Of a DNA stretch of 64,000 nucleotides, positions 8,887-19,611 are shown piece after piece. Positions within the stretch are counted from its first letter, which is position 1. Each line of letters opens with the position of its first letter. Both the position numbers and the translations under genes were made by a program. Source of the stretch: Promethearchaeota archaeon (lineage in GTDB: Archaea > Asgardarchaeota > Lokiarchaeia > Sigyniarchaeales > SOKP01); contig JAEOTR010000019.1 of assembly GCA_016839705.1 (NCBI GenBank), positions 32,001-96,000 on the forward strand, written 5' to 3'. The notes beneath the pieces were generated by a model. It did not search any database. It was not told the DNA's origin and saw only the letters and a list, made by a program, of their open reading frames with translations.

Positions 8887-11800
8887 TTGAATTTGATTAA
8901 CATTGAACAGAAGTCAGCTTATCCATATATCACCAAATTTAAAAAAGAGCCATTTAAATCATTTGCTATCGTTAAAAGAAAAGAAATTGGACGTTTTTAT
9001 GTAAAAGATTATAATAGATTACTTGGGTTTTACAATTCTTTTGATGAAAATTTATTACATGATTCTAGTCTAACGTTAGAAAAATTGTTTTGGATCACTT
9101 TACTTGGAAAATATCTCAAAGAAGAAAAGAAGAAAAAAAGAGATGATCTATTTAGTTATATTAAAAAATGTGAAATCAGGAATGAGGAACAGTTAGGATT
9201 TAAGCCTTCTCTTAATCCTCACAAACACCCCGATATTTACTCTACTTATTTTGCTCTAGTAAGCATAAAAAATATTGGACTTTTAAAGGAATATTTCGCT
9301 TCAGAAAATCAGAGCCATATTAAAGAAGAGATCAAGAATTTTATCTTATCTCTTAAAAAAGGTAATATATTTTTACATTGCCATGATAAAGAATGTGAAA
9401 TTTGTAAAAATAATTCACCTTCAATGACTCTATTTTACGTAATGGAGATTTTCACGCTACTAGGTGTGGACATTCGCAATAGTAGAGATCAATTCCGTAC
9501 GTTTATTGGGGAAACGAAAAAAAAGAGCAATGGATTAATTTATAAATATTTATGTTTAAAATATATTGATTTAGATTCTGAAGTAAAAGAAAAAGAAATT
9601 CAAAGTCTTCACCAGTATCAAAAAGAAAGTGGTGGTTATGGATTTAATCAAACGGAGATTCTTAACGATACTTTTTGGATAGTTTATATACTAAACTTAT
9701 ATTCATGGCTTTTAGATTATAATCCCTCAGGTGTATATTCGTTTATAAATAATCAATTAAATGAGATCTTAATTAGTACCGAAATTTGGGATGTTGCACA
9801 TTTAATTGCTACTTCCAAATTAATTGTCCTTTTATCGTTGATATGGAAGAAATTTATTAATGAAATTGAAAGGGTAATATTTAAAGAATTAGAAAAGGAA
9901 AAATTTATTGATTTAAGTCAATTAAAAACGAATTTTGGTTTATCAAGTGATATTGAAGATCTAATCTCATATATTAATCTTAATTACAATTTTAATCTTA
10001 GAATTTTAGACAACAAAATCGAATTTAAAAATTACCTTAGGAATCTGAGTAAGGGAAAACAAGATTTTATCCAGAAATTTTATGATCAAATTAGTAACAA
10101 AAGTATTGTTTCTCTTTCAGAGATGCTTAAGAAATATAAAACTTTGAATCTGGAAACTCTAAAGCTGAAAGAAGATATTATTCCTATCATCAACGAGATG
10201 ATTTCAAAGAATTTTTTTAAAGGAAATATTCGAGTAAAAAAACCATTCTTAGCTAAAACAAAATACAACTTTTATTTGAACAATAATTTAGAAAAAATAA
10301 TAGTATCTGATACTGAAATAAATACAGAGAGAATTCTTGAGGAAAAAGACAAAATAGAAGATATTAGAAATGACATCTATAATATTACCTTAAAATTACA
10401 AAACATAAGTGATCATATTAGAGAAGAAATTGAGAGTTATCTTCTGATTGACGAGGTTGATTATGCTAAGGAAAGACTGAAATTTATAATAAGAAATGCG
10501 GTAATAGAGGCTGATTTTTTAAATGAAAATATTGAAAATTCATTCAATGAAGATCTATATTTTATTCAATTAAAAACGATTTTAAGCACTGAAATAACGC
10601 AATGGAACAAGGTTTATTCCGTATTGCATAATAATTTAGTAGAAGTCGATTCATACCTTAAAGGAAAAATAAATGAGAAGGAGATATTAAGGAATTTAGA
10701 TAAATTATTAGAAAATTTAATGGAGAGACTTAGTTTAATTGAAGAAGACTTAGATAAGAAGTTGGATTCATTTAAGAGAATATTTAGTGAAAACCTTGAA
10801 AAAAAATTTGCTGAAATTAAATTACTTCCAATTATTCAACATTTGAATCAACTAATTGATAATATTAACAGATATGATAAAATAATTTATAATATCTCCC
10901 AGCAAATAACTGTAAAAGAAGCAGATATTGTTGATAAACATAGAAAAATAATAGATAATTGGATAGGTATTAAAGAAAAATACGAAAACGAGTATAATTT
11001 TTATAATGAGGGATTTCAGTTTTTTAAAGAGCATTTGAATAAAATTGAGGCTGTACATGTAGAATTAAATAATGAGATATCGAAGATCGGAGAAATAACA
11101 AAAAAGAAGATCTCAGCAAATCAATTTCAAGAGGCTTTTGAAATAATTAAAAATGAATCCGACATCGTACTAAATGAAAAAATAACGGAGATTAAAAATC
11201 TTCAATCTGTCGTGAAGAATGAGATATCAAAAAAACAGAAGCTCTACTTACTATATAAACATTTAAATGATGATCTAGATAATTTAGAATCAACGATTAT
11301 TGATTCTATAGCCAAACAATCACAATCTTTAAAGGAGAAGGTTACAGAAGAGAGAAATAAAACAGAGGTACAAGATTTTGATAATTTTGTTTCCCAGGAG
11401 GTGATTAACTTAAAAAACGCATTAGTAAATACTAAAGCTAGACTTGATCAAATAAAAATTTTAGAAATAAGGGAAATAAATAAAGAATTTGACATGCTTC
11501 AATCTGATTTTGACAAAGCAAACAAATTGTTTACAAAGAAATTTAATAGCTGTATTAAATCCATTGAAAATTTTAAGGAGAAATCAAAATTAACAATTCT
11601 ACAATGGGAAAATTTCGTTAATTTTTTCATTAATGAAACAGCTGAATTAAAAGACGAGTTTATCAATGAAGTAATTTCAAACAGAATAAATGTAATGGCA
11701 ATAGAGAACAAAACTAATAATATTAAACTTGTTGATTTAAGAGATGATTTAAAACTTTCTTGTAAGGTTCTAATTAAAAGATTAAAGGATATGATTGATA

Positions 11801-13299
11801 TCTCTAAAATATCTGCTGATTTGAATGAAAACGATAAATCAGTACTAATTCACACGGACTTTTATTATTTAAATAAAGAACTAAGAAATTATATAGATAA
11901 TCACTTGTTAAAATTAAACAGAGAAAGAGTTGGGAAGATTCTATCCCTCTATGATTCAAGTATTAGGAATTTAACTTTAGGGACAAATATGCTAGAGCTT
12001 CAAAATAGAATTAACGATTTAAATGTTTTTGAAGAAATTATCCCAAAGAAATTCTATGATAAAACCAGTGAACTTCAGATTAATCAGGAAAGAAAAGAAT
12101 TTCTTGATACAAAGGAATATTTTGAGTCAGTAATAGAAAGTGAAAGAAAGGCTATTATTACTATAAAAATTGCGCTTGATCTTTTTAACTCAATGCAAAG
12201 ATTTGTTGATCAAAAGTATAATAAATTAAAAATTGAGTTAAAAGAATACTACAATAGATTTGTAAAAGATTCTGAAAACTATGATTCTTATTTAGAAAAC
12301 CAAGAGAACTTTGAAAATAAAAAACAAGAATTCGAGGAGAGATCACAAGAAATACAGAACCAAGTAGAAAATGAATTAAAGAAAATATCTTATAAAATAG
12401 ATGATTCAAATAAGTTAATACCAGAGATAAGAGAAACATTTGTAACGAAAAAAAACGATTATTTAGAAGAGTTCAATAATAAAACTGAGAAAATTAATGA
12501 TCAAATAGAGATCATGAAAAATGAATCTTTTCGGGAAAAACTAATAGACTTTATAAATAGCAATAAAATTAAATTAAGTCAAATGCTTGGAAATCTTGAG
12601 AGAAAAGTAGAAGATAATATCGAAATTAAAGAATTTAAAAAAATCAACATCTTAATCCAAAAAAGAGGAAAGAATATAGAAACTGAGATTAAAGAGATTA
12701 GTAGAGCCGCAAATATTATGATAAGAGAATATAATAGGCAATCAAAAAACTTTCAACAAATTTCTAAATTTGTATTAGATGATTATAATAAATTCATTAT
12801 CGAATTCAATGAGATACTGAATGAAAAAGTAAAATCATTAGAACGCTTAATTTTGAAAGCTTATATCAACATGATAATTAAAGCTGTTGCTAACGAATTC
12901 TTAACAGTGAGTTTTTTAAATAATGAACTAAAGATTAGGAAGCAAAATATCCAAGATCATTTATTATTCCTAATAAGTACAGGAGAATTAAAAGGGAAAT
13001 ATGATCCTCGATTTTTTATATATTTTGAAAATCCAGATGTAATGGATGGTTTAGATGAGACAGAATTAGAAGTTATAAAAAGTACTAATTATAAATTACA
13101 GATGTTTAAACACAATCTAAGAAACTTTGCTGTTCAATATGGCAGTATAATCGCATTCTTTTCTTCTATTGTAGCTATCTCATATTACTTATTTCTTTTT
13201 AGTGGTAGTAATCCCGTTGCACTTATTTTACCCATTATTTTTACAGTACTCATTTTAGGATATTACTTAATGAGGAAGAGGGAAGAAAAGATTAATTGA
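8887..13299 (+). CDS. Large multidomain protein: prenyltransferase/squalene-cyclase-like repeats, PCI-like winged helices, coiled coils, two C-terminal TM helices
   Basis: 1470-aa ORF with GFKPS...PDIYSTYFAL and QKESGGYG...DTFWIV repeats, winged-helix-like segments, K/E/N-rich heptads and two hydrophobic C-terminal helices. Confidence 0.65.
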   Translation: MNLINIEQKSAYPYITKFKKEPFKSFAIVKRKEIGRFYVKDYNRLLGFYNSFDENLLHDSSLTLEKLFWITLLGKYLKEEKKKKRDDLFSYIKKCEIRNEEQLGFKPSLNPHKHPDIYSTYFALVSIKNIGLLKEYFASENQSHIKEEIKNFILSLKKGNIFLHCHDKECEICKNNSPSMTLFYVMEIFTLLGVDIRNSRDQFRTFIGETKKKSNGLIYKYLCLKYIDLDSEVKEKEIQSLHQYQKESGGYGFNQTEILNDTFWIVYILNLYSWLLDYNPSGVYSFINNQLNEILISTEIWDVAHLIATSKLIVLLSLIWKKFINEIERVIFKELEKEKFIDLSQLKTNFGLSSDIEDLISYINLNYNFNLRILDNKIEFKNYLRNLSKGKQDFIQKFYDQISNKSIVSLSEMLKKYKTLNLETLKLKEDIIPIINEMISKNFFKGNIRVKKPFLAKTKYNFYLNNNLEKIIVSDTEINTERILEEKDKIEDIRNDIYNITLKLQNISDHIREEIESYLLIDEVDYAKERLKFIIRNAVIEADFLNENIENSFNEDLYFIQLKTILSTEITQWNKVYSVLHNNLVEVDSYLKGKINEKEILRNLDKLLENLMERLSLIEEDLDKKLDSFKRIFSENLEKKFAEIKLLPIIQHLNQLIDNINRYDKIIYNISQQITVKEADIVDKHRKIIDNWIGIKEKYENEYNFYNEGFQFFKEHLNKIEAVHVELNNEISKIGEITKKKISANQFQEAFEIIKNESDIVLNEKITEIKNLQSVVKNEISKKQKLYLLYKHLNDDLDNLESTIIDSIAKQSQSLKEKVTEERNKTEVQDFDNFVSQEVINLKNALVNTKARLDQIKILEIREINKEFDMLQSDFDKANKLFTKKFNSCIKSIENFKEKSKLTILQWENFVNFFINETAELKDEFINEVISNRINVMAIENKTNNIKLVDLRDDLKLSCKVLIKRLKDMIDISKISADLNENDKSVLIHTDFYYLNKELRNYIDNHLLKLNRERVGKILSLYDSSIRNLTLGTNMLELQNRINDLNVFEEIIPKKFYDKTSELQINQERKEFLDTKEYFESVIESERKAIITIKIALDLFNSMQRFVDQKYNKLKIELKEYYNRFVKDSENYDSYLENQENFENKKQEFEERSQEIQNQVENELKKISYKIDDSNKLIPEIRETFVTKKNDYLEEFNNKTEKINDQIEIMKNESFREKLIDFINSNKIKLSQMLGNLERKVEDNIEIKEFKKINILIQKRGKNIETEIKEISRAANIMIREYNRQSKNFQQISKFVLDDYNKFIIEFNEILNEKVKSLERLILKAYINMIIKAVANEFLTVSFLNNELKIRKQNIQDHLLFLISTGELKGKYDPRFFIYFENPDVMDGLDETELEVIKSTNYKLQMFKHNLRNFAVQYGSIIAFFSSIVAISYYLFLFSGSNPVALILPIIFTVLILGYYLMRKREEKIN

Positions 13300-13360
13300 T
13301 TATTAACTTCTTTATAGCCTTTCTTTTCTGGGGTACGCATATAGATTAATGTTAGAGAAA

Positions 13361-15508
13361 CTAATCATAGTCCATTATGAATTGAACATAATCCTCATGT
13401 TTTTTGAGATATCCTTGAAAACAAGCTTGGTTAAAATGAGTATAAAATATTATATCAACGATTTCTTCATCTCTGGCAAGATCCTGAAACTTTTTAAAGT
13501 CTAACTTCCCGTTTTCCCCAAATGTTTTCACGAGTTGAATTAATGCTTTCACATTTTTATTTAAATACCTTTTTCTCGATTTTTGAGGTTGGTTCTTTTT
13601 CCCTTTTAACTTTAATATTTTATTTTTCATATTGGGTAGATCTAATTTAATTAAGTCAGAATAAAAAGTCACTCCAGATTCCTTTATTTTTTCATACTCC
13701 TCGCTATTGCAAAAGTCATCTAATTGGCTAAGAATGTCATCAATAGAGCGGTTTGCTAGCATCTCTTTTTCTTTTTCTCTTCTTTCCTTAAAGTTTTTTA
13801 TGAGATCCAAGTCTGCACATTTGCTTATCTCAGATACAGAAAAAGTAATGGATTTTCGTTGCAAGTTTTCGTTTAACTGAATTTGCTTATATTCGGTTAA
13901 AATAGATTTCATTAAGTTTTCTTTTCTTCTAGCAACGTGATAGAAAGGAATATCAACAGTATCTTCAGTTACGAGTATATAACACCTTCCAGGGGCGTAC
14001 CTACCAGTTCTACCTCGCCTTTGAATTAATCTTATTTCAGATGGGACCGGTTCATAGAATATTATTCCATCTACATTTGGGATGTCAATTCCCTCTTCAG
14101 CAACGCTAGTCGCTATTAATACATTTATTTTATCCTCTTTAAATTTCTGAAGAATATCAGTTTGTACTTGTTGAGAAAACCCAATATCATCTGTTTTGGA
14201 AGATTGGCCAATAAATTTTTCAATTAATAATTGATTTTTAAATACGCTACTCAATTTTTGCTTTAAAAATTCAGCCATCTCTCTATATTGCGTAAATATT
14301 ATGATTTTTTTATTATTAAATTCTTCTACTTCTTCGCGGATAATTGAAATAATCTTCCTAATTTTTGGATGAGTTAAATTTGATAAATTTTCTTTTTCAA
14401 TCACTGAATCGATGAACATAAAATGTTTTGAATTCACTATTCTTTTTGCAGATAAGATACCTTGCTCAGCCTTATTTTTCAAACGTTCTAAAAAAGAAAT
14501 AAAGAGTGAAATATCTTGTGTTTCGATTAAATCTTTTGCATGAAGTAAAGAGACACAACTTGAACAATAGGAATATACAGAATGTATGTCAATGTCATTT
14601 TCTTTAATTATATCAATAATTTTTGGTTCCTGATAAAATAAACATTCTAAATACTCATCTTCTAATTCGTAACCCTGTTCATATCTTATTGAGATCGTTA
14701 AATCATGTGAAATTCTCAAAAAATCTAATTTCGAGTAATATCTTTTGAAAGGATTAATCAATTTTCGATCTATGAAGAACCTTAAAAAGCCTTGAAATAA
14801 ATTTTGCCACACTTGGCTTAGTTCCATAATTTTTGTTGGTAGATCTACTAAATTTATAAAAGTATCTATATCATGAATATAGTTTTTTACATCCTCATCT
14901 TCATAACTTCGATATACTATATTCTCAATTTGTAGATTATCACAGATTTCTTGGATTCGTTCATAATCTTTTCCAGGTGATGCTGTCAATCCTAATATCA
15001 ATGGATCATTACATGTTTCGATATATTCTTTTGAAATGAAATTGTAAGAATATCTCCCTTTTGTTTTATGAGCTTCATCAAATATAATTAATGAAACTTG
15101 TGTTAAATCATAGCGCCCTCTCACTATATCGTTATTAATTACTTGAGGGGTAGACACTATTATATTCGAATTTTTAAATAAATGTATCCTTTTATCAGGA
15201 GATATTTTTCCTGTGAAGGAGATGATTTTTTCAGCATCAAGCTCTAGAAATTTTTCACAGGAGCTTTTATGCTGAATAATTAATGGTCTTGTAGGAGCAA
15301 GAACAATTATCTTTCCCTTGGGATATTTTTCAAGAGAATGAGCAATCAATAAAATACCAATAATCGTTTTTCCTAACCCAGTAGGCAAAACAACTAAAGA
15401 ATTTTTAGTTTTACAACTTCTAACAATGTTTTCTTGATAATGTCGGTACAAGACAGTATCTTTTTTTATATAAAGCCCATTGTAATATTTTCTTGATTCG
15501 ATATGCAT
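13361..15508 (-). CDS. Hef/FANCM/Mph1-family DEAH helicase, apparently without an ERCC4 nuclease domain
   Basis: RHYQ, PTGLGKT, DEAH, LTASPG, IFTQYR, ATSVAEEGIDIP, QRRGRTGR. Confidence 0.9.
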   Translation of the reverse strand: MHIESRKYYNGLYIKKDTVLYRHYQENIVRSCKTKNSLVVLPTGLGKTIIGILLIAHSLEKYPKGKIIVLAPTRPLIIQHKSSCEKFLELDAEKIISFTGKISPDKRIHLFKNSNIIVSTPQVINNDIVRGRYDLTQVSLIIFDEAHKTKGRYSYNFISKEYIETCNDPLILGLTASPGKDYERIQEICDNLQIENIVYRSYEDEDVKNYIHDIDTFINLVDLPTKIMELSQVWQNLFQGFLRFFIDRKLINPFKRYYSKLDFLRISHDLTISIRYEQGYELEDEYLECLFYQEPKIIDIIKENDIDIHSVYSYCSSCVSLLHAKDLIETQDISLFISFLERLKNKAEQGILSAKRIVNSKHFMFIDSVIEKENLSNLTHPKIRKIISIIREEVEEFNNKKIIIFTQYREMAEFLKQKLSSVFKNQLLIEKFIGQSSKTDDIGFSQQVQTDILQKFKEDKINVLIATSVAEEGIDIPNVDGIIFYEPVPSEIRLIQRRGRTGRYAPGRCYILVTEDTVDIPFYHVARRKENLMKSILTEYKQIQLNENLQRKSITFSVSEISKCADLDLIKNFKERREKEKEMLANRSIDDILSQLDDFCNSEEYEKIKESGVTFYSDLIKLDLPNMKNKILKLKGKKNQPQKSRKRYLNKNVKALIQLVKTFGENGKLDFKKFQDLARDEEIVDIIFYTHFNQACFQGYLKKHEDYVQFIMDYD

Positions 15509-15647
15509 GTTATAGAGAGGAAGAGGTTTTTTCTTTTTAAAAATAATATCGCTGTTAGATTATTATAATATTGTGTTGAATTTTAGCTATTGAATTTACT
15601 TATTAATTGAGAAATATCTTATTAAATTCCATGCTTAATGGTCAAGA

Positions 15648-16643
15648 TTATGCTAGGAAAAATAGAATCTTCTTTTTCACAATTTCCCGTCTAATTATTC
15701 CCTTCTCTTCTAAGAATTTTAAAGTTAGAACTACCCAATCACGTCCGATTATACGTGTGAATCGTCTAGTTTTAGGGTATATAATATCAAGGATTTGATC
15801 AGGAGATACTCCCTTTTCTGAATAATTTTTAATAGCATCCAATACTTGTGCTTGGCGTTCATTCATCCGTTCCATAATTGCAGCAATAGTTTCTTTTGGA
15901 TTTTCGATAGTTTCACCATGTGCGGGAAGAATTAGTTTCAAATTAGGTAGACTCTGCATTTTTTTAATAGTTTCAATATAATCTGTAAGATTTGACTCGG
16001 GTGGTCCAAGCCAAGTTGATCGCATTTTTAAAACATTATCCCCAGAAAAAAGGACCCCTTTTTCCTCATTATAGAGAGAAATATGCTCAGGGGAGTGTCC
16101 GGGAGATGGAAAGATTTTCCACGGTTCACTATTAATTAGTATAACTGAATTATTATCAACAATTTCATCGGGTTGATCTAAATAAGAAAGACCGTGGATA
16201 CTCCTAAAAAATAAAAGTGTCCCAATATGACGAAGTCCATTCCAAATTTTTTGTATAAATTCATTTCTAACTCGTAAATAGTCTTCATAATCATCACCTC
16301 GAAAAGTGGTTTCGAAACTTACTTTATCTTTTATAGTTTTAGCAACATTCTCTGTTAAAACGATCTTTAAACCAAGAGCCTTACTGACAAAATTTAAACC
16401 ACTAAAATGGTCAGAATGACCGTGACTCACGATTATTCTTGTAATCTTAAATTCTTTTCTTTGCTTTTTAAATGAACTCTCTATTTTTTTGAATTCCTTA
16501 AGAAAGAACTTTAATGCTTTCTGGTATCCATATCCCGCATCAAAAATGATACCATCATTTCCCGCTAAAATATAAATATTATCTGAAGGTCTGAATCTTC
16601 CCTTTTCTTCGATTAAAAAAATCTCAGGATAAACTTCTCTCAT
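15648..16643 (-). CDS. MBL-fold metallo-hydrolase with C-terminal winged helix
   Basis: SHGHSDH, PGHSPEH, FSGD, PAHG. Confidence 0.9.
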   Translation of the reverse strand: MREVYPEIFLIEEKGRFRPSDNIYILAGNDGIIFDAGYGYQKALKFFLKEFKKIESSFKKQRKEFKITRIIVSHGHSDHFSGLNFVSKALGLKIVLTENVAKTIKDKVSFETTFRGDDYEDYLRVRNEFIQKIWNGLRHIGTLLFFRSIHGLSYLDQPDEIVDNNSVILINSEPWKIFPSPGHSPEHISLYNEEKGVLFSGDNVLKMRSTWLGPPESNLTDYIETIKKMQSLPNLKLILPAHGETIENPKETIAAIMERMNERQAQVLDAIKNYSEKGVSPDQILDIIYPKTRRFTRIIGRDWVVLTLKFLEEKGIIRREIVKKKILFFLA

Positions 16644-16825
16644 TCAACTTTGAAAAATATTAACTGAAAAAAAAACTTTTGAATAATTCCCAAGTGATTG
16701 TTTTTGCTCTCCTTAATACTAAGGAGGATCTAGAATTTTTCATAAAGAACAGAACGATTAAAAAAGGGAGGTAAGATTTTAAATAATGGATCAAATATTC
16801 TTTATTATTTTTATGTTAAAGAAAG

Positions 16826-17596
16826 GTGAAAAGAATCGATCTTAAAAATATCTTAATAACAGGTTCAGGTTCTGGTCTCGGTAGAGCAATGGCAATAAGG
16901 TTAGCAGATGAAGGATATAACATAATTTTAAACGGTAGAACTGAAAGTAAGTTGATTGAAACAAATGAGATATTAAAAAAATTCAATATTAAATCTACAA
17001 TAAAAGTAGGAGATGTATCAGATTCTAAATTTGTTGAATCGATGATTTCGGAAATTATTGAAGAATGGGAATTACTTTATGGAGTTATTAATAACGCTGG
17101 AATCAGTAAGGGAAGTGCTTCAATTCTAGATAAAAACGAAAAAGATATGCAAAAAATAATGGATATAAATTTTAAAGGAGCATGGTTAGTATCAAAATAT
17201 GCAGCTAAATGTATGATAAAACAGAGAGAATTAAAACCTTTAAGGGGGAAAATTATTAATGTGTCCTCAATAGCGGGATTAGATCCAATGCCAGGTATTG
17301 GAATATATAGCTGTAGTAAAGCAGCATTGAATATGTTAACTAAAGTCCTGGCAAAAGAACTGGCACCTATAATAACCGCAAATGCAATTTGTCCAGGGTA
17401 TCATGTTACACCAATATATAATAATGATCCAAAACTAATTCAAAATTTCTGGGATTTGATAAACATGAAACCGCTCTTAAAAAGAGTAGGAACTGCTGAA
17501 GATGTTACAGGATTGATTTCCTATTTGGTATCAGACGATTCAAACTACATGACTGGTCAAATTATAAGTATGTGTGGTGGGGTTGTACTTCATTAA
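16826..17596 (+). CDS. Short-chain dehydrogenase/reductase (FabG-like)
   Basis: TGSGSGLG, NNAG, YSCSK, NAICPG. Confidence 0.92.
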   Translation: MKRIDLKNILITGSGSGLGRAMAIRLADEGYNIILNGRTESKLIETNEILKKFNIKSTIKVGDVSDSKFVESMISEIIEEWELLYGVINNAGISKGSASILDKNEKDMQKIMDINFKGAWLVSKYAAKCMIKQRELKPLRGKIINVSSIAGLDPMPGIGIYSCSKAALNMLTKVLAKELAPIITANAICPGYHVTPIYNNDPKLIQNFWDLINMKPLLKRVGTAEDVTGLISYLVSDDSNYMTGQIISMCGGVVLH

Positions 17597-17811
17597 GGTG
17601 AGTTCTGAGTTAATGCCTGTTTAAAATTCTCTTAGTTTTAAAAATATTTCAATGAGCTCTTTCTTCCAAATATTTTGATATATAACAATATTTTTTTAAA
17701 AAAATTTGTGAAACAGATTCACAGAATAATATTAAAACTTATATCAAGAAAAAGAGAAAAAGAAAAAAAAAAATAAGATATTGTATAAATTTCGAGATTA
17801 ATCGTTAATTC

Positions 17812-18021
17812 TTAGAAGTATTTAATGGCAAGTAAAATGTCGTCCCGAGTTACCTTCTTACGTTTTGCATGTTTGGTTAAAGATAATGCGGTTTTAGTAA
17901 GTTTTTCAGCTGATTGACCCATCCAATCAACTAACTCATCTACAGCATCTCGAGCAACGATAACAGCGCCATTGTGTTTCATTAATCTTCTAATAGGACT
18001 CCAACTAATATATTCAGACAT
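17812..18021 (-). CDS. Archaeal histone (HMf-like), 69 aa
   Basis: SPIRRLMK..GA..VARDA...TKHAKRKKVTRDDILLA histone fold. A GGAGG element upstream of the ATG at 18021 favours this start over the GTG at 18036. Confidence 0.92.
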   Translation of the reverse strand: MSEYISWSPIRRLMKHNGAVIVARDAVDELVDWMGQSAEKLTKTALSLTKHAKRKKVTRDDILLAIKYF

Positions 18022-18547
18022 TTTTAATTCCTCCACTTTATAATTTTTAAATGATTATTTTTGTTAATTTTTGTTATTATTAAAGAGTTTATTATATAGA
18101 TATTGATCTTTTGGATATTTAAAGATTTTGATATACTCTTGATTTACTTGGGATAAAAATAAAAAAAATTGAACGACAAAATTCGAAGTTATAAAAATGA
18201 TCAATCTCGTGTAAGTTAGTCTATTTTATTGGATAGGTAAATCTTGTTAAAATTTAAGACTTTTAAATATAAATCAATTCAATTCCTCATCAAAATTGAC
18301 TTTCTCGAAATTAATTTCAAAGATTTAAGAAATTCGATCAAATTTCGAAACGCTGAACTAGCTATTTTTGCAATATCGATAAGCTAGTATTTTTAAAATT
18401 TTCATTTAAGAAGTAAGCGATTGGGCAAAATAAGAAGAGTTTAGAAACAATTTATTAATTTCGGTTGAAAATCGATATGTTAATAAACTAAAGTTAGAAA
18501 ACTTAAGAATATAATCATCAATATCGAGTAAAATAATAGGAAAAAAA

Positions 18548-19537
18548 TTACCATACCAGTTGTTCATATTTACATTTAGTACATTGAATTTCCTCTCCTT
18601 TTTTTGGAAAATAAGGGAGATTGGCTCCACAATACTTGCATTCTAAATCGTGTATATCGTCGAGATTATTTATGATTTCTCTAGTTAAAAGTTGTTTTTT
18701 AAATTCATTTGATAATGACGTTAAAAATGAAATAAGCACATGATGGTTTTTCGAGGTGCCGATTATTTCTACCTTATATGATGCAATCTGCCCAATTATT
18801 AATACATCATCTGTCGATTCTAAATCAGATCCAAAATACCAAAAGATTCTTCTTTCTGGATCCTTTGTTATTAATTGAAGGCTTTTTCTTAAGAAAACCT
18901 GTTCTAAGATATTGAAATATAAATCGGAATTATAATTTCCTAATGCTCCAATCCCTAAGCTTTTTATTGCTCTTTTCATTTCGGGAATTTGGGAAAATTC
19001 TCCGATATAAGAACTTGGGATTATCTTAGGATTAATAGTTATATTATCTAATTTTACATTAATCGGTTCTGAATTAAGGACCCGTATAAAATCTTTGTTA
19101 TTCACAAAGGTGACTATTGATCTTATCTCTCCTTCTCTTCCTAAAAAGAGAGGAGTAAAATGTAAATTAATTTGCTTTTTGCCTCTTTCGTTTAATTCAT
19201 CAAATTCAAGAGTTATTTTTGTTTCTTCCCCTTCTTCAATCGGTTCGGGAATGTATATAGTAGGAGGATAGCTTCTCGTGAGTGTTAAGAAATTTGAATA
19301 GTAAGTCTTAATTTTTACTTCGGTTATTGGCGCCATACTTTCATTTACTAATTGGATTGAAAGAACATAATGCCCACCATAGGGTTTAAATTCATGTAAT
19401 AGTAATATTTTATTTTCCTGATCAAAAGTTTCAAATGAATATTTAGGAAACTCTTTACTTTTCTTTTCTGCTTTACTTTTAAAAACCACGAGATTTTGTG
19501 TCAGATCTGGGCTTATACCATTTCTTTTTTCCTTCAT
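18548..19537 (-). CDS. Ig-like beta-sandwich + alpha/beta platform + C-terminal zinc ribbon protein (adaptin/COPI appendage-like)
   Basis: LSIQLVNESMAPITEVKI...LNERGKKQINLHFTP sandwich pattern, a platform-like segment, then CKYCG...CTKC. Confidence 0.55.
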   Translation of the reverse strand: MKEKRNGISPDLTQNLVVFKSKAEKKSKEFPKYSFETFDQENKILLLHEFKPYGGHYVLSIQLVNESMAPITEVKIKTYYSNFLTLTRSYPPTIYIPEPIEEGEETKITLEFDELNERGKKQINLHFTPLFLGREGEIRSIVTFVNNKDFIRVLNSEPINVKLDNITINPKIIPSSYIGEFSQIPEMKRAIKSLGIGALGNYNSDLYFNILEQVFLRKSLQLITKDPERRIFWYFGSDLESTDDVLIIGQIASYKVEIIGTSKNHHVLISFLTSLSNEFKKQLLTREIINNLDDIHDLECKYCGANLPYFPKKGEEIQCTKCKYEQLVW

Positions 19538-19611
19538 AATAGATGAAGATGATTGTTAATTGTCAAGTTTGATTTGAATTTCTAAATTTCGATAAATAAT
19601 AATACGACAAT

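Noticed and set aside
8887-13299. SMC/Rad50 ATPase call for the giant coiled-coil protein
   Set aside because: No Walker A/B or signature motif, and it has C-terminal TM helices.
18037-18547. ncRNA or replication origin in the long AT-rich gap upstream of the histone gene
   Set aside because: Only scattered TTCGA-type short palindromes; no ORB-like repeats, no adjacent cdc6 and no stable GC-rich structure.
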